Of a stretch of 64,000 nucleotides of DNA, positions 9,154 through 17,702 are shown piece by piece (the stretch's first letter is position 1; every line of letters begins with the position of its first letter). Location: IMG/VR virus record IMGVR_UViG_3300005537_000001, positions 1 to 64,000 of that record. One strand, 5' to 3'. A model generated the notes under the pieces. That model was not told where the DNA came from and searched no databases. It saw only the letters and a program-made list of their open reading frames with translations. Made by a program: the position numbers and the translations under genes.

Positions 9154-9756
9154 ATTAGCACGTTAAGCCAGATGGGAATCCCAGCCGCAGGGTTCGGCAT
9201 ATTACACCCAAAACAGAAGTATCGCTGGCAGGTAACTTTTACTGGTCTCGCGGCGCTGGTTCCGTCTGTATCTGGTCGTGACCTAACTCGTCAGGCAACG
9301 ATTATCAAGCGTCCTACTCTCTCCTTCGAAGAAGTCGCAATCCACCGCTACAACAGCACGGCATACATTGCTGGTAAGTACGTGTGGGAAGATATGACGT
9401 TTACGGTTGAAGATGATATTACTGGTTTGGCGTCAGCGGCAGTTCAAGGACAGCTGCAGACTCAACAGCGCCTCATCGGCGCCGACCTTCCAGGTGCATT
9501 CCTCAACGCGGCGGCAACTGGTTCAGATTACAAATTCGGCACAACGATTCAACAGCTTGACGGCAATGAAACTATCGTTGAGCAGTGGCTCATCGAGGGC
9601 TGCTGGATTAAGAATGCTACATATGGTGAAAACGACTACAACTCAAACGATGCTCACACGATTGCATTGACGATTCGTTTTGACCAAGCAAGCCAACAGC
9701 TTACTGGTCAGGGCTTTGGTACCGCTCTTGGTGGCAATCTTAGTCAGAACACTTAA
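9154..9756 (+). CDS. Tail tube protein (gp19-like); probable ATT start
   Basis: PKQKYRWQV, RPTLSFEEVAIHRY, W.DMTFTVED, EQWLIEGCW and LTIRFD. AGGAG at 9143-9147 sits 6 nt before the ATT at 9154. Confidence 0.9.
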   Translation: MSTLSQMGIPAAGFGILHPKQKYRWQVTFTGLAALVPSVSGRDLTRQATIIKRPTLSFEEVAIHRYNSTAYIAGKYVWEDMTFTVEDDITGLASAAVQGQLQTQQRLIGADLPGAFLNAAATGSDYKFGTTIQQLDGNETIVEQWLIEGCWIKNATYGENDYNSNDAHTIALTIRFDQASQQLTGQGFGTALGGNLSQNT

Positions 9757-9774
9757 GGATTTTAGGAGACGATA

Positions 9775-11694
9775 ATGGGTAGTATTGAAAATTTCTTTGA
9801 TGGTATCAAGGGCCTTAAGCGGGATTTTAAGGACGATTTCATCGACAACTTTCGCTCTGACTTCAAGGTTGACTGGTCAACGGTACCAGTAACTTTACCA
9901 GTTGGTCACGTCGCAATTTCAAACACCGCGCTTCCGGTAGTTACTGGAACAGGTACCCCTGGTTCTACGCTAACGGTTAGCAATGGAACATGGCTCGGTA
10001 CACCAACACCAACGTTCACGTATCAGTGGTTCAGCTCTTACACTGGCCCAATCCCAGGCGCAAATAGCAACACGTACGTCGTTACCAACGAGGCCGGTGC
10101 TTTTGGTATCTTCGCGAAGGTTACAGCTACAAACGTCGATAGCACGGTTACAGCCACGTCAAATACGGTTTCTATCGTTCTAACTCCAGCAGCTCCAGTC
10201 AACACATCGCTACCAGTTATATCTGGCAACGCTCTTGTTGATTCGATGCTAACCGTTGACCCAGGCGTATGGACGGGTGTTCCAACTCCTCTCTTCACCT
10301 ACCAGTGGAAGTCAAGCCTTGCGACAATCGCATCTCTTGGTACGGTAACTCCTGGATCTGGTTACACTCCTGGATTCTATTCTGACGTTCCACTAACTGG
10401 TGGAAGCGGAGTGGGAGCGGTTGGTCAAGTACAGATCAATCCAGCTGGTCAAGTATTCAGCGTAACAATTTCAGCTGGTAACGGTAATGCCGGAGCTGGC
10501 TATGTCGCGGGCGACAGCTTGTCATTCTCACCTTCACGCGTTGGTGGAACAGGATCGGGCGGCAGCGTATTGGTTGCAACGGTAACCCACGCGATCCAAA
10601 ATGCTACCGACAAGGTTTACCTCACCCAGCTCGTGGACGCGACGGCAACGCTCACCTGCACGGTTACAGCAACAAACTTTCCAAACGGCGTTCAAGCTCA
10701 AGGCTTTGCAACATCTGCAAACTTTGGCCCAATCGCCCTCACTCAGACGGCTCCAAGCAACAGCGTAGCGGTTACAATCACTGGCACGGCGCATGTCGGT
10801 CAGACTCTTACCGCGGTTCCTGGTACATGGGCTGGTGGTCCAACACCACGCCTAACCTACCAGTGGCTCTCAGCTGGCGTGCCAATCGCGGTTGGTGAAA
10901 CTGTTGAGGTTGATGGTGATGACAATCAAGTCACCAACACCACGATCGTATCACACCCTGGTCAAGAAACAAGCGATGAAACTGATTACGTTTCAGTCAT
11001 GGCGACCGGTCTCACGTATGTCATTCAAGCATCCGACGTTGGAAACGCGATTCAAGTTGTAGAAACCGGCTCAAACGTTGCTGGTTCAGAATCAGTAACG
11101 TCTGTAGCTACGGCTGTTGTTCCAGTTGTTCCAGTATCTAACTTGACGCTACCAGTAGTATCTGGTTCTGGCAAGCATGGAACGCTTCTATCGGCGACTG
11201 CAGGAACTTGGGCAGGTGCTCCAGCTCCAAGCTTCAGCTTCCAGTGGATGTCCGGTTCCAACCCAGTTCAAGGCGAGTCTGGTCCAGCTATCAACCTCGT
11301 TCTAGCCGCGAACAACACGTCGTCATACCAAGTTCAAGCGTCTGACATCGGTCACACGATCACTTGCGTGGTAACTGCAATCAATACTAGCAACATCACA
11401 GCTTCTAGCCTTACAGCTCCGGGTGGAAACCCAGGCGTTGATCTCATGAACGGCACGTACACCAACGTTCCACTCTACAATGGTTCTGGTACTGGTGCGG
11501 TAGCTACGGTTGTAGTTTCCGGTGGTCTAGTAACATCCATCACGTTGACGAACCAGGGAACTGGTTATGCGGTTGGCGATGAGCTAACGGCGCTACAGCA
11601 GTTCATCGGTGGAGTAGGTTATCCATTCACACTGATCGTGACAGCTGTTGGTACGTCAGTAACAGCGACATCTAACGGCGTCGTGGCCTCATAA
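9775..11694 (+). CDS. Virion structural protein with about 4 Ig-like repeats
   Basis: Repeated P-x-x-S/TG...G.TL....GTW.G.P.P..TYQW...Y.....D.G..I...VTA.N units; located just after the tube gene. Confidence 0.7.
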   Translation: MGSIENFFDGIKGLKRDFKDDFIDNFRSDFKVDWSTVPVTLPVGHVAISNTALPVVTGTGTPGSTLTVSNGTWLGTPTPTFTYQWFSSYTGPIPGANSNTYVVTNEAGAFGIFAKVTATNVDSTVTATSNTVSIVLTPAAPVNTSLPVISGNALVDSMLTVDPGVWTGVPTPLFTYQWKSSLATIASLGTVTPGSGYTPGFYSDVPLTGGSGVGAVGQVQINPAGQVFSVTISAGNGNAGAGYVAGDSLSFSPSRVGGTGSGGSVLVATVTHAIQNATDKVYLTQLVDATATLTCTVTATNFPNGVQAQGFATSANFGPIALTQTAPSNSVAVTITGTAHVGQTLTAVPGTWAGGPTPRLTYQWLSAGVPIAVGETVEVDGDDNQVTNTTIVSHPGQETSDETDYVSVMATGLTYVIQASDVGNAIQVVETGSNVAGSESVTSVATAVVPVVPVSNLTLPVVSGSGKHGTLLSATAGTWAGAPAPSFSFQWMSGSNPVQGESGPAINLVLAANNTSSYQVQASDIGHTITCVVTAINTSNITASSLTAPGGNPGVDLMNGTYTNVPLYNGSGTGAVATVVVSGGLVTSITLTNQGTGYAVGDELTALQQFIGGVGYPFTLIVTAVGTSVTATSNGVVAS

Positions 11695-11720
11695 CAAGTA
11701 TTTTTTAAGGAGACTTTTCC

Positions 11721-12332
11721 ATGATTACTCTTTCAACTCTCCCACTAGCTTCTGGTAAGCAGGCTGATTTGACCCCATCTGACATCCTCGCGCTGCTAAA
11801 TGCATACGTGAGCGCAGCTAACAATTCCGGTCCAATCACCGCCTTTGGTACGATCACAGCTGGTTCGGCATACACAAACGGAACCTACAACGGTGTTCAT
11901 CTTACTGGCGGTCACGGAACCGGTGCGGTTGCTAACGTAACCGTAGCAAGCGGTGCCGTCACGGCTGTAACGCTCGTCAGCGGCGGAAGCGGCTACAAGG
12001 CTACCGATTCACTTTCAGCATCCGTTGCAAGTCTCGGTGGAACTGGTTCAGGATTTGCGGTTGCGGTTTCAACCGTTAACACGGCAATCGGCACCGACGC
12101 GGTAACTGTTGCTTTCGCTAACGCGCTTTTCTCATACGTCTCAAATCGATTTGGCGTCATGAGCGAAATCACGCTAGCTGCTCAGCAGGCATTTATCGCT
12201 CCTGGTTCACCAACTGTTGTCGCTCTTGAAGATGAGTACAACAATCCAGCTGCAGAGTTTGTCAACACCACGAACCCATCTGGTGTTGCGGCAACTCCTC
12301 AGAACCCAGCTGGCGTTGTAATTCAGCAGTAA
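11721..12332 (+). CDS. Virion structural protein sharing a Gly-rich beta module with 9775-11694
   Basis: GSAYTNGTYNGVHLTGGHGTGAVANVTVASGAVTAVTL.SGGSGY motif; good Shine-Dalgarno (SD) sequence. Confidence 0.6.
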   Translation: MITLSTLPLASGKQADLTPSDILALLNAYVSAANNSGPITAFGTITAGSAYTNGTYNGVHLTGGHGTGAVANVTVASGAVTAVTLVSGGSGYKATDSLSASVASLGGTGSGFAVAVSTVNTAIGTDAVTVAFANALFSYVSNRFGVMSEITLAAQQAFIAPGSPTVVALEDEYNNPAAEFVNTTNPSGVAATPQNPAGVVIQQ

Positions 12333-12353
12333 GTTCTTCTTCATTGAAGAAAA

Positions 12354-12385
12354 AGAAAGGGTTATCTTTCGAGATAACCCTTTCT
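12354..12385 (+). terminator. Intrinsic terminator-like hairpin with a 14-bp stem and TTCG loop
   Basis: AGAAAGGGTTATCT-TTCG-AGATAACCCTTTCT. Confidence 0.75.
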
Positions 12386-12402
12386 CATGTCCGGCGAATG
12401 CC

Positions 12403-12409
12403 ATAAATA
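12403..12409 (+). promoter_or_regulatory. Late promoter ATAAATA
   Basis: Recurrent motif just after the terminator. Confidence 0.6.
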
Positions 12410-12437
12410 ATAGCATAATCGCAATCAGGATAGCCTA

Positions 12438-13754
12438 ATGGCAGATATTTCAGGTACAGTGTCAGCTTCAGGCGTTCAGCTTGAAGCCCAAGCATTTGGC
12501 ACGTTTGGTGCAGCGGTTGGAAATCAAGCCCAAGGTTTGCTGCCGAGCATATTCAATTCAGCTTCGGTTGGGCTGAACGTTGGCAGCGGTGGTGTTGGAC
12601 TCAGCTTGACCCTAGGGCAAAATCAACTGCCAGAGCCGGCGATCTGGGATCCCACTCCCTATGCAACCGCGCTCGCATCTGGCTCCGGTGGATTTGATCC
12701 CAAAACTAAGTTTCTGTTTAAGGTAACTTTCCGATTTACCCCAGACGTTGCGGCTGAAATTGCAAACATCTTGGGCATACCAAACAACGGTCATCTTGCT
12801 ACCGACATTACGTTTACGGTAAAGCAGATTGATCTGCCTAAGTACAAATTTGAATACGAGGAAGTCAACTACTACAACTTCAGAACTCAGATACTTAAAA
12901 AGATAACCCATGATGAGCTTGGATTTTTGATGTATGATACGACGGGCAACCAAGCTATAAATTTTATCAACGCGTATCTTCAGCTTCTGGTTCCAGCTTC
13001 ACGCCAAGATTACACAACCGGGTATGATCTTTGGAATCATGGTTTTGCGTTTACAACCGGGCCACAGCAGGGTAACGACACTAGCTCAAGAGCTAACGTT
13101 GGCAATGGTGGTAACTCCGTCAACATTTTGGACGCCATGATTATCGATCAATACTATCTCTCACGCGACCCAAGCCGTGGATTGCGCGGCGCGAATATAG
13201 TTCAGGCAATCAAGGTTAACAGCTTTGTGTTTTCAAATCCTAAGCTGACTCGCTTCGACATCACCGACGTCGACCATGAAAAGGGCAACGAACCAAGCAT
13301 CATAAATTGCGGGTTTGTATTCGACACGCTATTCATGAAAACTGATCAACTTGGTGTGCAGGTGGCGCCGTCCCGCCCCTCGCTGCCAGGAGCTGATCTT
13401 CTTTCTTCTGTGCCACCTACTAGCGCATTTGGCACTCAAGTTGGTGGTGGCGGAAGCATAAATCCATTTCTAAGCTTATTTGCTGGTCAGATGGGTAGGC
13501 AATTGAATATCGGCGTGGCGGCAATATTGAATAATGCAGGTCTAACCAATTCACCCGGCGGTGGACAATCCATCGCTGTTAATGGCGCGGTTGGAACTAA
13601 CGCTGCCAGAACTCTTGCTAGCGTCGGAGCTACAGCTCCAGGGATTTCACTCCCAGCTACACCGATATTAGTCGATAATAGCGCAACGCCGGCGCAAGTA
13701 GCAAATTTAAGCACGCAAGTTGCATCAAGCAGCAACGCGATAGTAAATTCGTAA
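12438..13754 (+). CDS. Tail-tube-fold baseplate / tube initiator (gp48/gp54-like)
   Basis: PKTKFLFKVTF...VKQIDLPKYKF...YNFR...YDT resembles the tube-protein fold; Gly-rich termini. Confidence 0.55.
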   Translation: MADISGTVSASGVQLEAQAFGTFGAAVGNQAQGLLPSIFNSASVGLNVGSGGVGLSLTLGQNQLPEPAIWDPTPYATALASGSGGFDPKTKFLFKVTFRFTPDVAAEIANILGIPNNGHLATDITFTVKQIDLPKYKFEYEEVNYYNFRTQILKKITHDELGFLMYDTTGNQAINFINAYLQLLVPASRQDYTTGYDLWNHGFAFTTGPQQGNDTSSRANVGNGGNSVNILDAMIIDQYYLSRDPSRGLRGANIVQAIKVNSFVFSNPKLTRFDITDVDHEKGNEPSIINCGFVFDTLFMKTDQLGVQVAPSRPSLPGADLLSSVPPTSAFGTQVGGGGSINPFLSLFAGQMGRQLNIGVAAILNNAGLTNSPGGGQSIAVNGAVGTNAARTLASVGATAPGISLPATPILVDNSATPAQVANLSTQVASSSNAIVNS

Positions 13755-13756
13755 TC

Positions 13757-14212
13757 ATGGCATCACGCGGAAGATTCATACCAAGATTCCCTGAAAAATA
13801 TATTGGAGATCCCAAGAAGATTTTCTTTAGAAGTTCCTGGGAGATCGTGGCAATGAAATATTGGGACTCAAGAGCCGACGTGCTAAGATGGAATAGTGAG
13901 GAGATTGCGATTCCATATCTCAGCCCGGCGGATAATAAGGTTCATCTCTACTATCCGGATTTTTACGTAGAGCTCCTTGACAAGGATAATGTGCTGCAGA
14001 AATTTATAGTAGAGGTAAAGCCGTTACATGAGTCAGAAGAAAAATTCGCTAAGGGTGATAGAGCTAAAGCTTCGTTAGAAATAAACAACGCGAAATGGGC
14101 TGCTGCCGCGATCTACTGTGAAACGCGCGGTTACAAGTTTAAAACGATTACCCAGCGTTCTTTGTTTTATCAGAAGCCAAAGAAAGAGAAAAAAGCAGAT
14201 GACAAAGTATAG
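13757..14212 (+). CDS. Head-completion nuclease, T4 gp4-like (TnsA-like PD-(D/E)xK)
   Basis: GRFIPRFPEKYIGDP..IFFRSSWE, WNSEEIAIPY, YYPDF, EVKP, NNAKWAAA. Confidence 0.85.
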   Translation: MASRGRFIPRFPEKYIGDPKKIFFRSSWEIVAMKYWDSRADVLRWNSEEIAIPYLSPADNKVHLYYPDFYVELLDKDNVLQKFIVEVKPLHESEEKFAKGDRAKASLEINNAKWAAAAIYCETRGYKFKTITQRSLFYQKPKKEKKADDKV

Positions 14213-14672
14213 ATACACTGTTCAAAATCCATCACGATACGCTGGTGATCCAAGCAGGGTCACGGCCCGTTCCAAGTGGGAACTGATGTATATGAACGCG
14301 CTTGATATGTCACCAATGGTGCGTAGGTGGGTAAGTGAACCCAAAAATCTTGGTATCGCCTACATCAACCCGCTTGACAGAAAAATACATCAATATTGGC
14401 CTGATTTTTTGGTGCAGTATGTTGATGGAAACGTAGAAATTTTAGAAATTAAACCGCTTAAGGAATCGCTAGCCGAAAATGCTATAAGCAATTTTGATAA
14501 GCTTGCGCTGCTACAAAATGTAGCCAAGTGGGCGGCGGCCAATAATTTCGCTAAAAAGATAGGTGGTAGATTTAGGGTTATAACGGAGCAAAATCTGTTT
14601 AAGAAGAAAACAGCGCGACAGGCAACTCCGTCAAACCCATCAATACCAGCTAGAAAACCCAAAAGGATTTAA
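14199..14672 (+). CDS. Second gp4-like nuclease paralog
   Basis: NPSRYAGDP...RSKWE, WVSEP..IAY, YWPDF, EIKP, NVAKWAAA. Confidence 0.8.
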   Translation: MTKYRYTVQNPSRYAGDPSRVTARSKWELMYMNALDMSPMVRRWVSEPKNLGIAYINPLDRKIHQYWPDFLVQYVDGNVEILEIKPLKESLAENAISNFDKLALLQNVAKWAAANNFAKKIGGRFRVITEQNLFKKKTARQATPSNPSIPARKPKRI

Positions 14673-14674
14673 AC

Positions 14675-15139
14675 ATGAAACCACTGCAGCACCCCCTAGA
14701 ATCAGTTTTCAACATGGGTGAAAATGACATGGATATTGAAAAAGAATATGGTATGACTGAAGCTTCACAGCAGCAGGTAACGCTAACTCCGGTTGAAGCA
14801 CCACCAGACGTCAAGGACGAGGATGATAAGCTTATCGAGGGCAACATTGACCGCGTTTACGACGCCGCGATGGAAGCGTTCAACACGCAGACAGCCTTCA
14901 TTGAAGTTATCGACCCAAAGTTCGCGGCGCGCAACGCCGAAGTAGCCGCAAACTACCTCAACATCGCTCTCCAGGCGGCGGTGGGTCGGTCAAGGGTAAA
15001 AACTGACCGCAAGCGAGCTAACCAAACATTCATCCCGTACGGTCAACCAGGTGGTAAAACTACCAACAATCTCATAATTGCTGACCGCAATGAGATCTTG
15101 AAGATGATTACGGTTGACAGCACTGAAAAGAAGCTGTAG
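14675..15139 (+). CDS. Probable terminase small subunit (gp16-like)
   Basis: Helical protein with ARNAEVA and C-terminal TTNNLIIADRNEILKM, reminiscent of gp16; size and position fit. Confidence 0.55.
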   Translation: MKPLQHPLESVFNMGENDMDIEKEYGMTEASQQQVTLTPVEAPPDVKDEDDKLIEGNIDRVYDAAMEAFNTQTAFIEVIDPKFAARNAEVAANYLNIALQAAVGRSRVKTDRKRANQTFIPYGQPGGKTTNNLIIADRNEILKMITVDSTEKKL

Positions 15140-15174
15140 AGCATCCTGAAACTCACCTAACGCGTCCATTCAGA

Positions 15175-15181
15175 ATAAATA
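15175..15181 (+). promoter_or_regulatory. Late promoter ATAAATA
   Basis: Recurrent motif in the intergenic gap. Confidence 0.6.
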
Positions 15182-15205
15182 AAGAATTACAATTGGGGTA
15201 TCCTA

Positions 15206-17167
15206 ATGACATTTACGACTGAAGCCAAAAATCATCTAGGTGAACGTTCTTTCCAAACGTACGCTGCTTGGAAGCGCGCGTGCAGGGCGTTCAACCCGAA
15301 AGTTTACTTTGACGGTGATAATGACATCGCCCAAGCCATGGTTGAAGTTGGTGGCACAGGTGGGCAACATCGTTCTATAGGCGAATGGGATGGTGCTGAA
15401 GGTGTCATTTATTCTCATGCAGTTAGAGAAGATAAGGAAGATGTTCTATCTCTGCCAAGACTTGATGCATTTCTGGCTGGCACGCTCATTGAATCCGATG
15501 AGCTAAAGAAGGTAGCTGCTGAGGGTGATGATCACTCTAAGCGTCGAACTGCCGACAAGCTTGAAATTGGCGATGTCGTAGAAATTACCGGCAACGTTAA
15601 TTTCAAGGAACAAACCGGTGAGATAACCCGCTTCGGCAAGGACAAGCATTTTGTCGTCGTTCGCCTGTATAATGGTGGAGAGCACTCATTTCATTCCTCA
15701 GACGTCTCTGAAGCCGACCTCAGCCATGAGGCTCATGAAGAGGAAGACAGTGATGCAAATAAATTTTACGTTGCGTTTTATGACAACGCTGAAGAGCGTT
15801 CTTGGATTGGCGTAATTTCCAAGGAGCACGGTGGTAAGTGGCACGAGAAATCCTTCAAAGGTAAGCCTGAACTTCGCTGGGGTCAGACATACATGTCGTA
15901 CCTTACTCCAGACGACATCATGAATTGGATTCACAAGGACTATCACCGTGGTATTGAAATTGAAGGACCATTTTTCGACGCGCACGAAGCTGAAGAACAC
16001 GTTAAGCAGAACTGGGGTCGCATCGATGAGGCGGTAAAAGCTAAAACACCTTGGGCAGTTCTTAATTCAATCGCCAAGGATCACGGTAAAACCGGATTTG
16101 CAACGCTCAATTCTCAAGATGCAGCAAGATACGTTAACATGAAAAAAGCTGCTAAAATCGCTGAAGATGAAGAGGGTGAATTCGGGTTGATGACTTGCGA
16201 TGAAGCTGCGATGAAGCGCATCATCAACAAGAATCCGGATCTTCTTATCGGTGATGCCAAGAAGATGTTCAAGGCACAGGTAGCAGAAGCTAAAGATCCG
16301 CCAAAGGGAGAAAAGATATCCCTTATGCAGGCTTTTGGTTCTTCTGAACTAGCAGCCCTTGAAAAAGCTGGTATTCACCTCATCGAAAAACCATCATATT
16401 GGGAAGATCTCAACAAGCGCCATGCTGTTGATGAGCTCAAGCTGAAGCGTATCGAAAACATCATCGGGCACAAGCTCAAGGAATATGAAGGTTGGGAAAT
16501 TTATCCAACTATGCATGATGATGACATGCCAAAACATCCTCAATCCAGCGTTGCGAAGATGCCAAAAGAAGATATGTTCATCGTATCTTTCGGCGATGGT
16601 TCTGAGCGCTACCTTTGCGATCGCACTGGCGCTAAATCCTACATACGCTTTTGGGCAAAGATTCTTCCAGGAGTGAATGAAGAAACATTTACAAATTATT
16701 CTGATTGGAAGCAATCGGTACTTCTCTCACACCCAACCCAAGCCAAGAACATCAAGTTTCGCGGTAAGATGGAAGGTGAGAAGACAACCATTTCAGCAAT
16801 TGTCCCTGGACAAGATGCAATCTATGGAATTTGGGACGACGCGATAGAAGCTGGTAAGGTTCTCTCCGAAGCAAAGAAAGAATTTTCTATAAAAGCACTA
16901 CTTGCAGCCTTTGAAAAGCACGGTGCTTCTGCAAACTATGAAGTTAGCGAAGAAACTGAAAATTCTGCTAAATTGGATGTCTCAACATCTCGCGGGGATG
17001 GTACGCTAAAAATTACAGTTTCACCTGGCACTACTTACGCGCACATAATTGCTGACATCTCAATGCGTAGAAAGGGTAAAAGCTCGTTAAAATTTAAAAC
17101 AACCGATTCTCTCCAAAATATTGTTGATCAAATCGATGATGAAATTGACGGCTTGGTACATAACTAA
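15206..17167 (+). CDS. Multidomain hypothetical protein; candidate processed capsid-internal polyprotein
   Basis: Small domains, including a KOW/SH3-like unit and a duplicated F..Y..WK...G.WD unit, separated by xxE|A/E/S/D motifs. Confidence 0.55.
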   Translation: MTFTTEAKNHLGERSFQTYAAWKRACRAFNPKVYFDGDNDIAQAMVEVGGTGGQHRSIGEWDGAEGVIYSHAVREDKEDVLSLPRLDAFLAGTLIESDELKKVAAEGDDHSKRRTADKLEIGDVVEITGNVNFKEQTGEITRFGKDKHFVVVRLYNGGEHSFHSSDVSEADLSHEAHEEEDSDANKFYVAFYDNAEERSWIGVISKEHGGKWHEKSFKGKPELRWGQTYMSYLTPDDIMNWIHKDYHRGIEIEGPFFDAHEAEEHVKQNWGRIDEAVKAKTPWAVLNSIAKDHGKTGFATLNSQDAARYVNMKKAAKIAEDEEGEFGLMTCDEAAMKRIINKNPDLLIGDAKKMFKAQVAEAKDPPKGEKISLMQAFGSSELAALEKAGIHLIEKPSYWEDLNKRHAVDELKLKRIENIIGHKLKEYEGWEIYPTMHDDDMPKHPQSSVAKMPKEDMFIVSFGDGSERYLCDRTGAKSYIRFWAKILPGVNEETFTNYSDWKQSVLLSHPTQAKNIKFRGKMEGEKTTISAIVPGQDAIYGIWDDAIEAGKVLSEAKKEFSIKALLAAFEKHGASANYEVSEETENSAKLDVSTSRGDGTLKITVSPGTTYAHIIADISMRRKGKSSLKFKTTDSLQNIVDQIDDEIDGLVHN

Positions 17168-17168
17168 A

Positions 17169-17693
17169 ATGACAACATTCAAACAATTTATGGCAGAAGC
17201 TGAGGGCGAGAAGATGGCGGTTGCCATGGCTCAAAAGATGCTAAATTCTATGGTAGATGAGCTACCTCATATTCCAGAGCAAATCTCTCAAGGCGCAAAG
17301 CACCACGGTCACAAGTTCGTCGACACTGCGAGTGGTCCATGGGTAGTAACCCACTTCAAGAACGGTGAAAATGAGTTTGTCAAGGTTGAGGCACCTAAGG
17401 GGTCAATGAAGCATCCAATGTTCTTCATCCCTCGCGGTGCATCCAACATGAACGAAGGTGCCGTAAAGAACGCCATCATGGACATCATCGAGAAGGCTGT
17501 TAATCAAGCTGATTATAGCCACGATTACCAGTCAACTCTTGATACCATAAGTGATAAGGTGCGCAAGTTGGATAAAAATAACTTGACAGCTGGGATGACG
17601 CAAAAGCAAATGCGCGAGTTGATTAAGCCAATGTACGCTAAAACCGATCATGACTTAATCATGCATCACCGCAAACTAAAGAGCAAGGGTTAA
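17169..17693 (+). CDS. Hypothetical protein with a capsid-targeting-like N-terminus (MTTFKQFMAEAE)
   Basis: ATG 1 nt after the upstream stop; the N-terminus resembles the T4 CTS MKTYQEFIAE. Confidence 0.6.
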   Translation: MTTFKQFMAEAEGEKMAVAMAQKMLNSMVDELPHIPEQISQGAKHHGHKFVDTASGPWVVTHFKNGENEFVKVEAPKGSMKHPMFFIPRGASNMNEGAVKNAIMDIIEKAVNQADYSHDYQSTLDTISDKVRKLDKNNLTAGMTQKQMRELIKPMYAKTDHDLIMHHRKLKSKG

Positions 17694-17702
17694 GGTACCA
17701 AT

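Noticed and set aside
14118-14198. Track-predicted upstream extensions (also 2550, 17121, 28730, 36211, 55030, 57570)
   Set aside because: Downstream ATGs with an SD or stop-start coupling fit better; the extensions overlap promoters or upstream genes.
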